From assembly GCA_023267595.1 (NCBI GenBank), contig JAHFNB010000002.1:87947-151946 (forward strand): 64,000 nucleotides of DNA. Reading direction: 5' to 3'. The DNA is from a bacterium. Lineage in GTDB: Bacteria; Patescibacteriota; Minisyncoccia; Phycocordibacterales; UBA5272. Within the stretch, counting starts at the first letter, position 1, and every line of letters starts with the position of its first letter. The translations under genes were made by a program, and so were the position numbers. Below are positions 34,359 through 43,388 of the stretch, piece after piece. The notes below the pieces were generated by a model. That model worked only from the letters and a program-made list of their open reading frames with translations. It did no database searches and was not told the origin of the DNA.

Positions 34359-36014
34359 ATGAACAACAATATCAAGTGGGTAATATATGCGCGTAAGTCA
34401 ACAGAATCAGAAGATAAACAGATTCAATCAATTGACGACCAAACTAAATACATGCGAGAGATCGCAACGCGCGAAGGTTTGAATGTGATCGAAATCATTA
34501 CTGAATCAAAATCTGCAAAAGTGAAAAATAACCGTGAAGGGTTTAGTAGACTTCTTTCACTTATTGATTCAGGAAAGGTCCAAGGTATTCTTTGTTGGAA
34601 AATGGATCGTCTTTCGCGCAACCCTGTAGAAAGTGCGAATATTCAAGAGGCTCTACAACTACGAAAACTGGAATGTATATATACAGCCGAAAGAAAGTAC
34701 TGGCCTGAAGATAATGCTCTCATCTTTGCAGTTGAACAAGGAATGGCCAATCAGTACTCACGCGACCTTTCAAAAAATGTGAAGCGTGGTATGCAATCAA
34801 AAGCTGAAAAAGGATGGTTCCCGAATATTCCTCCTATTGGTTATCTAAATTCAAAACTAAGAGACAAAGGTAATGAGACTATTTTGATAGATGAGGAGCG
34901 ATTTAAAATTGTAAGAAAAATGTGGGATCTTATGCTTACAGGAACATATTCATTACCTCAAGTTCTTAGAATAGCCACTAATGATTGGGGACTTACCACG
35001 CCAACTAGAAAGAAACTTGGTGGAAAAGCTGTATCTATAAGCTATGTATACCTAATGTTTTCTAACGAGTTCTATACAGGAACATTTAAGTATTCAGGGA
35101 AAATATATCAAGGCAAACATAAGCCAATGATCACAAGAGATGAATTTGATAAGGTCCAAATGATTCTTGGAAAGAAAGGTAAACCAAGAGCAAAAACACA
35201 TTCTTTCCCTTTTACAGGACTGCTTCATTGTTCTGACTGTAGCGCAATCATTACCGCTTCTGAAAAACAAAAGCTTGTTAAGTCTACTAACACTGTGAAT
35301 ACATATGTCTACTATCACTGCACGAAGAGGAAGAAGTACGTTAAATGCTATTCGGCTCCAATTCGCGTAGAGGAACTAGAGAAGCAGGTAATATCACTGA
35401 TAGAGAAAAATTCTATTAATCAGAAGTTCTATGACCTTGCATTAGAAGTATTTAAAGGAATGCATGAAGTTGAGGTTGATACTCGCCAGGCTATTTATTC
35501 TACACAGTTAAGAAACGTAGAAGTAACGCAAGCCAAGATTGATAGAGCTAAGACATTTCTTTTTAATGGAACAATTTCTGAAGAAGAGTACAAGACACAA
35601 AAGGCAGAATGTGAAAGTGATTTAGTAAGACAAAAAGCTCAGCTACTTGAAACAGAGAAGCGCGCGCAAAATTGGAACCAATTAACTGAAGACGCTTTTC
35701 ACTTTGCAAAATATGCAATCAATGCATTTTCATCCGATGATAATCAAATCAAAAAAGAAGTAATAACTAGCTTAGGTTGGAACCATGAAATAAAAAGCAA
35801 AGAAGTCTTAATCAATCTGCATTCATGGTTTACGGTACTAAAAAATGGTGAAATTGATATAACAGAACAGATGAGACGGTTGGAACTAAACAAAACCCTT
35901 ACACCCGAACGACGAAAAGAGGCATCAGCCTCAATTCATACTAGGTTGTGCGCCGGGCTGGATTTGAACCAGCGAAGCCCGAAGGGCGACAGATTTACAG
36001 TCTGTTGTGATTGA
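34359..36014 (+). CDS. large serine recombinase (resolvase/invertase N-domain + recombinase domain + zinc ribbon)
   Basis: VIYARKSTESEDKQ...DRLSRN catalytic-domain motifs (Ser nucleophile in YARKST). About 550 aa, with a Cys cluster HCSDCS...HCTKRKK. The C-terminal 66 nt overlap the antisense tRNA-Tyr. Start moved to the ATG encoding MNNNIKWVIY. Confidence 0.85.
   Translation: MNNNIKWVIYARKSTESEDKQIQSIDDQTKYMREIATREGLNVIEIITESKSAKVKNNREGFSRLLSLIDSGKVQGILCWKMDRLSRNPVESANIQEALQLRKLECIYTAERKYWPEDNALIFAVEQGMANQYSRDLSKNVKRGMQSKAEKGWFPNIPPIGYLNSKLRDKGNETILIDEERFKIVRKMWDLMLTGTYSLPQVLRIATNDWGLTTPTRKKLGGKAVSISYVYLMFSNEFYTGTFKYSGKIYQGKHKPMITRDEFDKVQMILGKKGKPRAKTHSFPFTGLLHCSDCSAIITASEKQKLVKSTNTVNTYVYYHCTKRKKYVKCYSAPIRVEELEKQVISLIEKNSINQKFYDLALEVFKGMHEVEVDTRQAIYSTQLRNVEVTQAKIDRAKTFLFNGTISEEEYKTQKAECESDLVRQKAQLLETEKRAQNWNQLTEDAFHFAKYAINAFSSDDNQIKKEVITSLGWNHEIKSKEVLINLHSWFTVLKNGEIDITEQMRRLELNKTLTPERRKEASASIHTRLCAGLDLNQRSPKGDRFTVCCD
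35948..35964. repeat. 17-nt direct repeat gtgcgccgggctggatt (right copy; within the tRNA-Tyr 3' end, putative attR)
   Basis: Exact match to 12957..12973. Confidence 0.7.
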
Positions 36015-36032
36015 CCACTCCACCACCGACGC
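35949..36032 (-). tRNA. tRNA-Tyr (anticodon GTA), type II
   Basis: Reverse complement: acceptor gcgtcgg/ccggcgc. Anticodon arm acaga-ctGTAaa-tctgt. Long variable arm. T-arm ctggttcaaatccag. No encoded CCA. Confidence 0.8.
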
Positions 36033-36096
36033 GTGTAGCAAATATCTTAACACAAAATAAGGGTTATGGGAATGGTTGTATGGTACACTTTCACCT

Positions 36097-36636
36097 ATGA
36101 TAAAGTCACTTATTCTTGCAGGTGGATGTTTCTGGTGTGTAGAGCATGATATGCGCAAAGCAGATGGAGTTGTGACTGTTACTTCGGGATATTCTGGTGG
36201 AGAAAGTATTAATCCAACATATGAAAATCATGTAGGGCATAAAGAAGTAATACTATGTGAATATGATGATACAAAAACATCATATAGAAAACTTTTACAG
36301 TATTTTATTGATCATATTGATCCAACTGATAATGGGGGACAATTTGGAGATCGAGGAGCAAGTTACGAAACAGTAATTTTTTATGAAAATGATGAAGAGA
36401 AAAAAATTGCCGAAGAAGTGATTGATGAATTAAATAAAAGTAAGGTGTATGAGAAACCATCTGTTGTACAAATACTTCCTCGAAAAGAGTTTTATAAAGC
36501 AGAAGAGTATCATCAGAATTATGCAGAAAAGAATCCTACACACTATGTGATGTATCGTGAAGGTTCTGGACGAGAAGATTTTGTAAATAAAACGTGTGCA
36601 ATACGAGAAGAAAAACATATCACGTGGAGTCAATAG
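36097..36636 (+). CDS. msrA: peptide methionine sulfoxide reductase MsrA
   Basis: GGCFWCVE active-site motif. Start set at the ATG encoding MIKSLILAGGCFWC (the track ORF begins at a TTG at 36076). Confidence 0.85.
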   Translation: MIKSLILAGGCFWCVEHDMRKADGVVTVTSGYSGGESINPTYENHVGHKEVILCEYDDTKTSYRKLLQYFIDHIDPTDNGGQFGDRGASYETVIFYENDEEKKIAEEVIDELNKSKVYEKPSVVQILPRKEFYKAEEYHQNYAEKNPTHYVMYREGSGREDFVNKTCAIREEKHITWSQ

Positions 36637-36690
36637 TATTTGTATTGTATTTACTATAAACTAGTAACTATCAACTAAAAACTATTAATT

Positions 36691-37068
36691 ATGGATATAG
36701 AAGCACGAAAGAAAGAATTATCACCAGAAGAAAATCATGTGCTCTTTAATGGTGGTACAGAAATACCATTTTCTGGTGAATTATTAAACGAAGAACGTAA
36801 TGGAAAGTTTTTATGCAAAGTATGCCATACTCCACTTTTTAACTCTGATGCAAAGTTTGATTCAGGAACTGGGTGGCCATCATTTGATCAGGCACTGCCA
36901 CATGCAGTGGAATATATTGATGATACAAGTATGGGAATGATTCGTCGTGAAGTGAGATGTGCAACATGTCACGCCCATTTGGGACACGTATTTCCAGATG
37001 GTCCAACAACTACAGGGAAGAGATATTGTATGAATTCAGTATGTCTTACATTTGAAGAGAAAAAATAA
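36691..37068 (+). CDS. msrB: peptide methionine (R)-S-oxide reductase MsrB
   Basis: CxxC...CxxC zinc site, GWPSF, and RREVRCATCHAHLGHVFPDGP. Confidence 0.9.
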   Translation: MDIEARKKELSPEENHVLFNGGTEIPFSGELLNEERNGKFLCKVCHTPLFNSDAKFDSGTGWPSFDQALPHAVEYIDDTSMGMIRREVRCATCHAHLGHVFPDGPTTTGKRYCMNSVCLTFEEKK

Positions 37069-37084
37069 GGAGTATACTGGAAAT

Positions 37085-37468
37085 ATGAGTACTATTTTTT
37101 CAAAGATAATTTCGGGGGAAGTTAAAGGATATAAAATTTATGAAGATGAATTTGTATGTGCATTTTTAGACATAAATCCAATTCAAAAAGGTCATACCCT
37201 TGTTGTTCCAAAACAAGAAGTTGAGGATATGTTTTTGTTAGATGAAGTAATGTATGACAAGGTAATGCATCGTGTGCGGTATGTAGCACAGATACTGAAG
37301 GCAAAGTTTGATTGCGCGCGTGTATGTGTTTTTGTTGAAGGATATGTTATTCCTCATGCCCATGTACATCTTGTTCCAACAAATAAACCAGAAGATTTTG
37401 ATAAAAAGTTTGCACATCCTGCAACTGAACAAGAATTAGAAGAAGTACAACAGTTACTTACACACTAA
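37085..37468 (+). CDS. HIT-family (histidine triad) protein
   Basis: HAHVHLVP histidine triad. Start set at the ATG for MSTIFSKII. Confidence 0.8.
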   Translation: MSTIFSKIISGEVKGYKIYEDEFVCAFLDINPIQKGHTLVVPKQEVEDMFLLDEVMYDKVMHRVRYVAQILKAKFDCARVCVFVEGYVIPHAHVHLVPTNKPEDFDKKFAHPATEQELEEVQQLLTH

Positions 37469-37471
37469 GAT

Positions 37472-37723
37472 ATGTCATTTACTCATAATGTGTATAATGT
37501 TGTAGCAAAAATCAAAGAAGGTGAAGTGCTTACATACAAAGAAGTGGCAATACGTGCAGGTAGTCCTCGTGCATATCGAGCAGTTGGAAATATTTTGAAT
37601 AAAAATTACAATTCAGAAATCCCATGTCATCGAGTTATTAGAAGTAATGGAACAATTGGTGGTTACAATAGAGGGCAAGACACAAAAATTGCAATCTTAC
37701 GAAAAGAAAATGCTATTATATAA
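37472..37723 (+). CDS. MGMT-family protein (methylated-DNA-protein-cysteine methyltransferase DNA-binding domain only)
   Basis: IPCHRVI motif in an 83-aa single-domain protein. Confidence 0.7.
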   Translation: MSFTHNVYNVVAKIKEGEVLTYKEVAIRAGSPRAYRAVGNILNKNYNSEIPCHRVIRSNGTIGGYNRGQDTKIAILRKENAII

Positions 37724-37726
37724 TAT

Positions 37727-38065
37727 ATGAATTATATTCTTGTACGAACTGTTGCGATACTTATAGCAAGTTATATAACTCATGTTGGTGTTGCTCTGAC
37801 ACTTAATATAAACACTGCATGGGTTGCCTTGCTTACTGCACTTGTACTTGCGGTTATTAATCATACGATTAGACCGATTATTAGTGCAATTTCTCTACCG
37901 ATTACTATGCTTACACTAGGTGCTTTTTCATTAGTTATTAATGGGGCGATGATAGTACTTGCAAGTTATTGTGTAAGTGGATTTGTGATCCCTTCGTTTA
38001 TTATGGCGATATATTTCTCGATTGTACTTACTGCTGTAAACTGGCTACTTCACATATTTGAGTAA
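37727..38065 (+). CDS. DUF360/holin-4-like small membrane protein
   Basis: 112 aa, 3-4 TM helices. Family assigned from memory. Confidence 0.4.
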   Translation: MNYILVRTVAILIASYITHVGVALTLNINTAWVALLTALVLAVINHTIRPIISAISLPITMLTLGAFSLVINGAMIVLASYCVSGFVIPSFIMAIYFSIVLTAVNWLLHIFE

Positions 38066-38131
38066 ATATGCTTTGTAGTATAGGGTTTTAACCTCATTTT
38101 CATCATGTGCAATTAGTGATAGAATGGGGGT

Positions 38132-39262
38132 ATGGGAATAACAACAATTGCAGGATTCGGGATAGTATTTCTATTTATCATTGTGGGAATTGGGTTCTTT
38201 ATTTATTCACTTATTACTTCAAAAAATACTATGAATGGCGAAGCAAAAACAAAAGCAATAGATGTATTTATGTATCTAGGTATTGGTATTACGCTTGTAA
38301 CTAGCGTCTGGTATCTTTTAGAGATTATATTTGTTGCTATAGAACGTAAGTTTCCTGACGTCCTAGGTGCATATACATACGTTGATATTTATAGTAGTGA
38401 TGTACGTATGGCAATAGCAACACTAGTTGTTGTGTATCCACTTTACGTAATTCTTTCATGGTATGTGGCAAAAGATATTGCAAAATTCTTATATAAACGT
38501 GATTTAACTATTCGTAAAATTATTATTTATACGACATTATTTGTAACGGTGTGTACTTTGATTGGAACACTTGTTTCAATTATCTATACATACTTAGGTG
38601 GGGAATTATCTGTACGATTTACACTTAAAGCACTCTCCGTATTTGTTGTAGCATTAGCAGTGTTCGGATATTATTTCTATTCTTTGCGACGTGATTATGC
38701 ACAACCTAGTCATGTACCAATGATTACAACAGTTTTAGCAACAGTTTCAGTTATTGCTGCTCTTGTATGGAGTATCTTAATTATTGGTTCACCATCTGAA
38801 ATGCGTGCAAAGCGAATTGATGGTACAAGACTTTCAGATATTTCTCGTATACAACAAGAAGTATTTAATCATTTTCAGACAACTGAAAAATTACCAACAT
38901 CATTGGTTGAATTAAATGATGCTTTCCAAGGTTATGCAGTTCCTGTTGATCCAGTCACTCAAATGTCGTACACATACAATGTAGTACAACAACCAGTAGT
39001 ATCAATGAATTACACAACAAATAAAAAAGAACTTACAAAAAATGGAATATTTGAATTGTGTGCAAATTTTGAAACTGTTCGTGAATACGACGCACGTGGT
39101 CAAACATATCCTGTAAAAGGTGGAATGGGAGGTGGAGTTGATATTCTCTATTCAGTTACTAATTATTACTATGAAGGGGATCAATCACCATTTTGGAATC
39201 ATGGAATAGGTGAAACATGTTTCAAGAGAATTATCTCCTCTGATATGTATTATCCTCGGTAG
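38132..39262 (+). CDS. membrane protein with C-terminal extracytoplasmic domain (hypothetical)
   Basis: About 7 TM helices followed by a roughly 150-aa soluble domain. Confidence 0.4.
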   Translation: MGITTIAGFGIVFLFIIVGIGFFIYSLITSKNTMNGEAKTKAIDVFMYLGIGITLVTSVWYLLEIIFVAIERKFPDVLGAYTYVDIYSSDVRMAIATLVVVYPLYVILSWYVAKDIAKFLYKRDLTIRKIIIYTTLFVTVCTLIGTLVSIIYTYLGGELSVRFTLKALSVFVVALAVFGYYFYSLRRDYAQPSHVPMITTVLATVSVIAALVWSILIIGSPSEMRAKRIDGTRLSDISRIQQEVFNHFQTTEKLPTSLVELNDAFQGYAVPVDPVTQMSYTYNVVQQPVVSMNYTTNKKELTKNGIFELCANFETVREYDARGQTYPVKGGMGGGVDILYSVTNYYYEGDQSPFWNHGIGETCFKRIISSDMYYPR

Positions 39263-39271
39263 TCTATATAA

Positions 39272-39302
39272 TAAAAAGTCCTCCTATGGAGGACTTTTTA
39301 TT
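39272..39302 (+). terminator. intrinsic terminator (agtcctcc-tat-ggaggact + T-run)
   Basis: aaaaagtcctcctatggaggactttttatt. It overlaps the track start of the leuS ORF, which argues for the later ATG. Confidence 0.6.
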
Positions 39303-39348
39303 ATATAGAGAGTTTCTTTTCCATAATTTTATTGTTAGTATAGATACT

Positions 39349-42201
39349 ATGAAATCCTATGATCACAAAAAGATTGATGCATATTGGCAAGATAAGTGGC
39401 AGAGTGATTCACTCTATAAAACTTCAGAACTTCCACAAGGAAAAAAAATCTACGTGCTCGATATGTTTCCATATCCATCAGGTGAAGGATTGCATGTAGG
39501 ACATCCAAAAGGATATATTGCAACTGATATCTATTCTCGTTTCAAAAGAATGAATGGATATGATGTACTACATCCAATGGGTTGGGATGCATTTGGACTT
39601 CCAGCAGAACAATTTGCGCTTAAACATAAAATACATCCACGTATTGCAGTAGAAAACAATATTGCGAACTTTAAGAACCAACTTTCACACATAGGACTTG
39701 ATTATGACTGGTCACGAGAAATAAATACAACGGATCCAACGTTTTATAAATGGACTCAGTGGATATTTACAAAATTATATGAAAAAGGTCTTGCATATGA
39801 AAGTCACAAACCAATTAATTGGTGTCCATCATGTAAGACAGGTCTCGCAAATGAAGATGTAAATCATGATGGTACTTGTGAGAGATGTGACACAAAGGTG
39901 GAGAAAAAACCAATTCGTCAGTGGGTACTTAAGATCACTGATTATGCAGATAGAATGCTTACAGATTTGGACACACTAGAATGGCCAGAAGGAGTCAAAC
40001 TTGCTCAAAAGAATTGGATAGGGAGAAGTGAAGGGGCAGAGTTTGATTTTTCATTAACAGATGTAAAAGATCATACTGACGGGTCAATGTCAGTAAAGGT
40101 ATTTACTACACGAGCAGATACATTGTTTGGCGCAACATTTATTGCAATTTCTGCAGACACTGCTAGAGAATGGTTTAATGCTGGTTGGGAAACAATAGAT
40201 GGGGTGAAAGAATATGTTATCGAGACATTAGAAGAACAAAATAAAGAAAATGATTATTCTGTAGTCCCAGAAAAAACAGGAGTATACAGTGGGATTAATG
40301 CTATTAATCCTGCAACAGGTGAGAAAATTCCTGTTTGGATTGCAAATTATGTATTAGGTGGTGTAGGAACTGGTGCAATTATGGCGGTACCTGCACATGA
40401 CGAACGTGATTTTGAATTTGCCAAGAAATATAATTTACCAGTTAAACAAGTTATCTCTCCAGAAACAGGAGTCGTACAAACAAATCCAGAGTTTAGAAAA
40501 AGTATTGTAGCCATTCTGTGGGATAAGAAACAAAATAAGTTTCTCAGTATTAATTGGGGTAAAAACTTAGGTGGAAACTTATTTATTGGTGGTGGAGTAG
40601 ATGGTGATGAAGATAGTATTATTTGCGCCACTCGAGAAATCAAAGAAGAGACTGGCTACACGCATATACGTTATCTTTCTAAGACAGAAGTAATTCATCA
40701 TAATTATTTTGCGCATTCAAAAAATGTAGGACGACGCATTGAAGCAGTAGGACTTTTATTTGAACTTATTGATGATACACAAGAAGAGGTGTCACTTGAA
40801 GAAAATGAAAAGAATAAGTTTACGACAGAGTGGTTATCCAAACAGGAAGTAGAATCAAAAATAGAAGATGCATTACATGCTCTTGTGTATACAATGCTTG
40901 TTAAAGAAGAAATCTATACTGGAGACGGGACACTTATCTCTTCTGGAGAACATGATGGTATAACAAGTGATGAAGCAAGAAATAGATTTGTAGAAAAGTA
41001 CAGTGGGAAAAAAGTTATAAAATATAAAATGGAGGACTGGGTGTTTGCGCGGCAGAGATACTGGGGTGAACCATTTCCAGTAGTGCGTGATAACAATGGA
41101 AAAGTATATATGGTAGATGAATCCGAACTCCCAGTACTGCTTCCAGAAGTGAAGAGTTATGAACCAACAGGAACAGGAGAATCTCCGCTTGCAGCAATTA
41201 CTGATTGGGTTAATGTACGAGGATACATTACTAATAAAGGTACCTTTAAACAATCAAATGATGGAGAAATATTTACTCGAGAGACAAATACCATGCCTCA
41301 GTGGGCAGGATCTTCGTGGTATTACTTACGTTTTGCAGATCCACATAACGATGCTGCACTTATTTCTCCAGAAATAGAAAAGAATTGGTTACCAGTGGAC
41401 GTGTACGTTGGAGGTGATCATGCAACACGGCATTTAATTTATGCACGATTTTGGCATAAGTTTTTATATGATATTAGAGTTGTCTCTACTACTGAGCCGT
41501 TTTCTCGTCTTGAATTTTTAGGATTTATTCTTGCAGAAGATGGACGTAAAATGAGTAAACGTTTAGGTAATGTTATCAATCCTGATGATGTTATTAATGA
41601 GTATGGAGCAGATACCTTTCGTGTCTATGAGATGTTTATGGCACCATTTGATCAGACCGTGGCATGGAGTACGACAAGTATAAAAGGTGCTGATAAATTT
41701 ATAGATAGAGTTTATAGTTTACAAAAGAAAATAAGTGAAACAAGTACAGTTTCAAATATGCTTCATAAAACAATTAAAAAAGTTGGTGAAGATATAGAAA
41801 AGTTCAAGTTTAATACTGCAATATCTCAAATGATGATATTGGTAAATGCTATGGAAGAGGGTAGTTTTACACATGAAGAGTATAGTACTCTTGTTACACT
41901 TCTTGCACCATTTGCGCCACATATGACAGAGCAGATTTGGAATGAATTAGGAAATACCACCTCTATACATAAAGTATCGTGGCCATTGTACGATGAATCA
42001 CTTTTAGTAGAAGATAGCACAACAATATCATTACAGATTAATGGAAAGTTACGCGGAACATTTGTTGTTCCTTTTGGAAGTGATGATAGTACAGTCTTAG
42101 AAGAGGCAAAAATACTAGAATCCTATAAGAAATATGTAGGTGAACTCAAGCCTAAGAAGGTAATTATTATCAAAAATAGACTCATAAATATAGTAATTTG
42201 A
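39349..42201 (+). CDS. leuS: leucyl-tRNA synthetase with an internal Nudix-hydrolase domain insertion
   Basis: HIGH-like PYPSGEGLHVGH, editing-domain TTRADT, and AVPAHDERDFEFA. KMSKR(L) reads GRKMSKRLGN. Between the editing domain and the RQRYWGEP region lies a complete Nudix box GGGVDGDEDSIICATREIKEETGY. Confidence 0.9.
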   Translation: MKSYDHKKIDAYWQDKWQSDSLYKTSELPQGKKIYVLDMFPYPSGEGLHVGHPKGYIATDIYSRFKRMNGYDVLHPMGWDAFGLPAEQFALKHKIHPRIAVENNIANFKNQLSHIGLDYDWSREINTTDPTFYKWTQWIFTKLYEKGLAYESHKPINWCPSCKTGLANEDVNHDGTCERCDTKVEKKPIRQWVLKITDYADRMLTDLDTLEWPEGVKLAQKNWIGRSEGAEFDFSLTDVKDHTDGSMSVKVFTTRADTLFGATFIAISADTAREWFNAGWETIDGVKEYVIETLEEQNKENDYSVVPEKTGVYSGINAINPATGEKIPVWIANYVLGGVGTGAIMAVPAHDERDFEFAKKYNLPVKQVISPETGVVQTNPEFRKSIVAILWDKKQNKFLSINWGKNLGGNLFIGGGVDGDEDSIICATREIKEETGYTHIRYLSKTEVIHHNYFAHSKNVGRRIEAVGLLFELIDDTQEEVSLEENEKNKFTTEWLSKQEVESKIEDALHALVYTMLVKEEIYTGDGTLISSGEHDGITSDEARNRFVEKYSGKKVIKYKMEDWVFARQRYWGEPFPVVRDNNGKVYMVDESELPVLLPEVKSYEPTGTGESPLAAITDWVNVRGYITNKGTFKQSNDGEIFTRETNTMPQWAGSSWYYLRFADPHNDAALISPEIEKNWLPVDVYVGGDHATRHLIYARFWHKFLYDIRVVSTTEPFSRLEFLGFILAEDGRKMSKRLGNVINPDDVINEYGADTFRVYEMFMAPFDQTVAWSTTSIKGADKFIDRVYSLQKKISETSTVSNMLHKTIKKVGEDIEKFKFNTAISQMMILVNAMEEGSFTHEEYSTLVTLLAPFAPHMTEQIWNELGNTTSIHKVSWPLYDESLLVEDSTTISLQINGKLRGTFVVPFGSDDSTVLEEAKILESYKKYVGELKPKKVIIIKNRLINIVI

Positions 42202-42248
42202 CGTTTTTGGCAAGTTATAGTAAAATAAGAGGATAATTCAATAAAACT

Positions 42249-43277
42249 ATGTCAGGTATTACCTTTAAACCAAAAGCCGTTTCAAAGAAACTTTTGACCA
42301 CACTTAACCCACGAACTCGTGAAATCGTGGTTAATCGTTATGGTCTAGAAAAAGAAGGAAGAATGACACTTGAGGCTATTGGGAAGACATATGATATTAC
42401 TCGTGAACGTGTTCGCCAAATTGAAAACTTTGCCCTTGCAACAATTAAGAAATCAAAAGAGTTTAAGGAACATGCATATGTTTTCGATGAATTAAAGAAA
42501 ATTATCAAGGAACTTGGTGCTGTTGTTTCAGAAGAACATCTCATGCGTCATATTTCAAAAGATCCTGTGATTCAGAATCATATTAATCTCTACTTAGCAC
42601 TTGGAGAAGATTTCAAGAAACATAAGGAAGATGATAATTATAAAACACATTTTGCAACTGATGATAAAACTGCAGCACATGTTCGTGAAGCATTAGGAAA
42701 ACTATATACTTCTATTAACGAAGATGATCTTATTACTGAAGAAGAAATATTTACTCGTTTCGTTGCGCATCTTTCTGAACTCGTTTCTGAATACAAGAGT
42801 AATAAAGAAGTTATCTACAGATATCTCGCACTTTCAAAAGTAATCGGTAAGAATCAACTTTCTGAATGGGGTCGTACATCATCTCCGCACGTAAAAGCAC
42901 GTGGTATTAAGGACTATGCATATCTTATTATGCGTCGTAAAGGAGTTCCTATGCATTTTAAAGAAGTAGCACTCGAAATCAATAAGACATTTGGCAAGAA
43001 GGCACACGTCGCAACCTGTCACAATGAACTTATTAAGGATTCTCGTTTCGTACTTGTAGGACGCGGTATGTATGGTCTTAAAGACTGGGGGCACACAGGA
43101 GGTGTGGTACGTGATGTGATCACTGAAGTTCTAAAAGAATCAACTCGTCCACTCTCAAAAGATGAAATTATCAAGCGTGTACTTGCAAAGCGTATTGTAA
43201 AACCAAACACAGTACTTGTTAATCTTCAGAATGCTAAGTATTTTAGAAAAGTAGCAGGAGAATATACATTGGCGTAA
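42249..43277 (+). CDS. sigma-70 region-4-like HTH domain protein
   Basis: N-terminal TLEAIGKTYDITRERVRQIENFAL resembles sigma-70 region 4. The C-terminal ~250 aa are unassigned. Confidence 0.5.
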   Translation: MSGITFKPKAVSKKLLTTLNPRTREIVVNRYGLEKEGRMTLEAIGKTYDITRERVRQIENFALATIKKSKEFKEHAYVFDELKKIIKELGAVVSEEHLMRHISKDPVIQNHINLYLALGEDFKKHKEDDNYKTHFATDDKTAAHVREALGKLYTSINEDDLITEEEIFTRFVAHLSELVSEYKSNKEVIYRYLALSKVIGKNQLSEWGRTSSPHVKARGIKDYAYLIMRRKGVPMHFKEVALEINKTFGKKAHVATCHNELIKDSRFVLVGRGMYGLKDWGHTGGVVRDVITEVLKESTRPLSKDEIIKRVLAKRIVKPNTVLVNLQNAKYFRKVAGEYTLA

Positions 43278-43388
43278 AGGTAAATGTTGGAAGTTAGAAG
43301 GTGGAAAAAATAATGACGTCGTAGACGTCATTATTTTTGTTTAAACTAGTCCCTAGTTCCTATAATCTGCTTTTGGTATACTAGGTTC

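Larger units (their letters stand above)
12957..35964. mobile_element. putative ~23-kb integrative genomic island in tRNA-Tyr (serine recombinase + primase/ATPase + Cu/heavy-metal resistance cargo + Macro/nuclease cassette)
   Basis: 17-nt direct repeats at both ends, one inside the tRNA-Tyr 3' end. A large serine recombinase at the right end reads into the tRNA. A zinc-finger/Toprim primase is fused to a P-loop ATPase. Cargo gene content is coherent. Confidence 0.55.

Noticed and set aside
39286-39348. Track start of leuS at 39286 (MEDFLLY...)
   Set aside because: The first codons lie inside the upstream terminator hairpin. The conserved LeuS N-terminus begins at the ATG 39349 (MKSYDHKKIDAYW).
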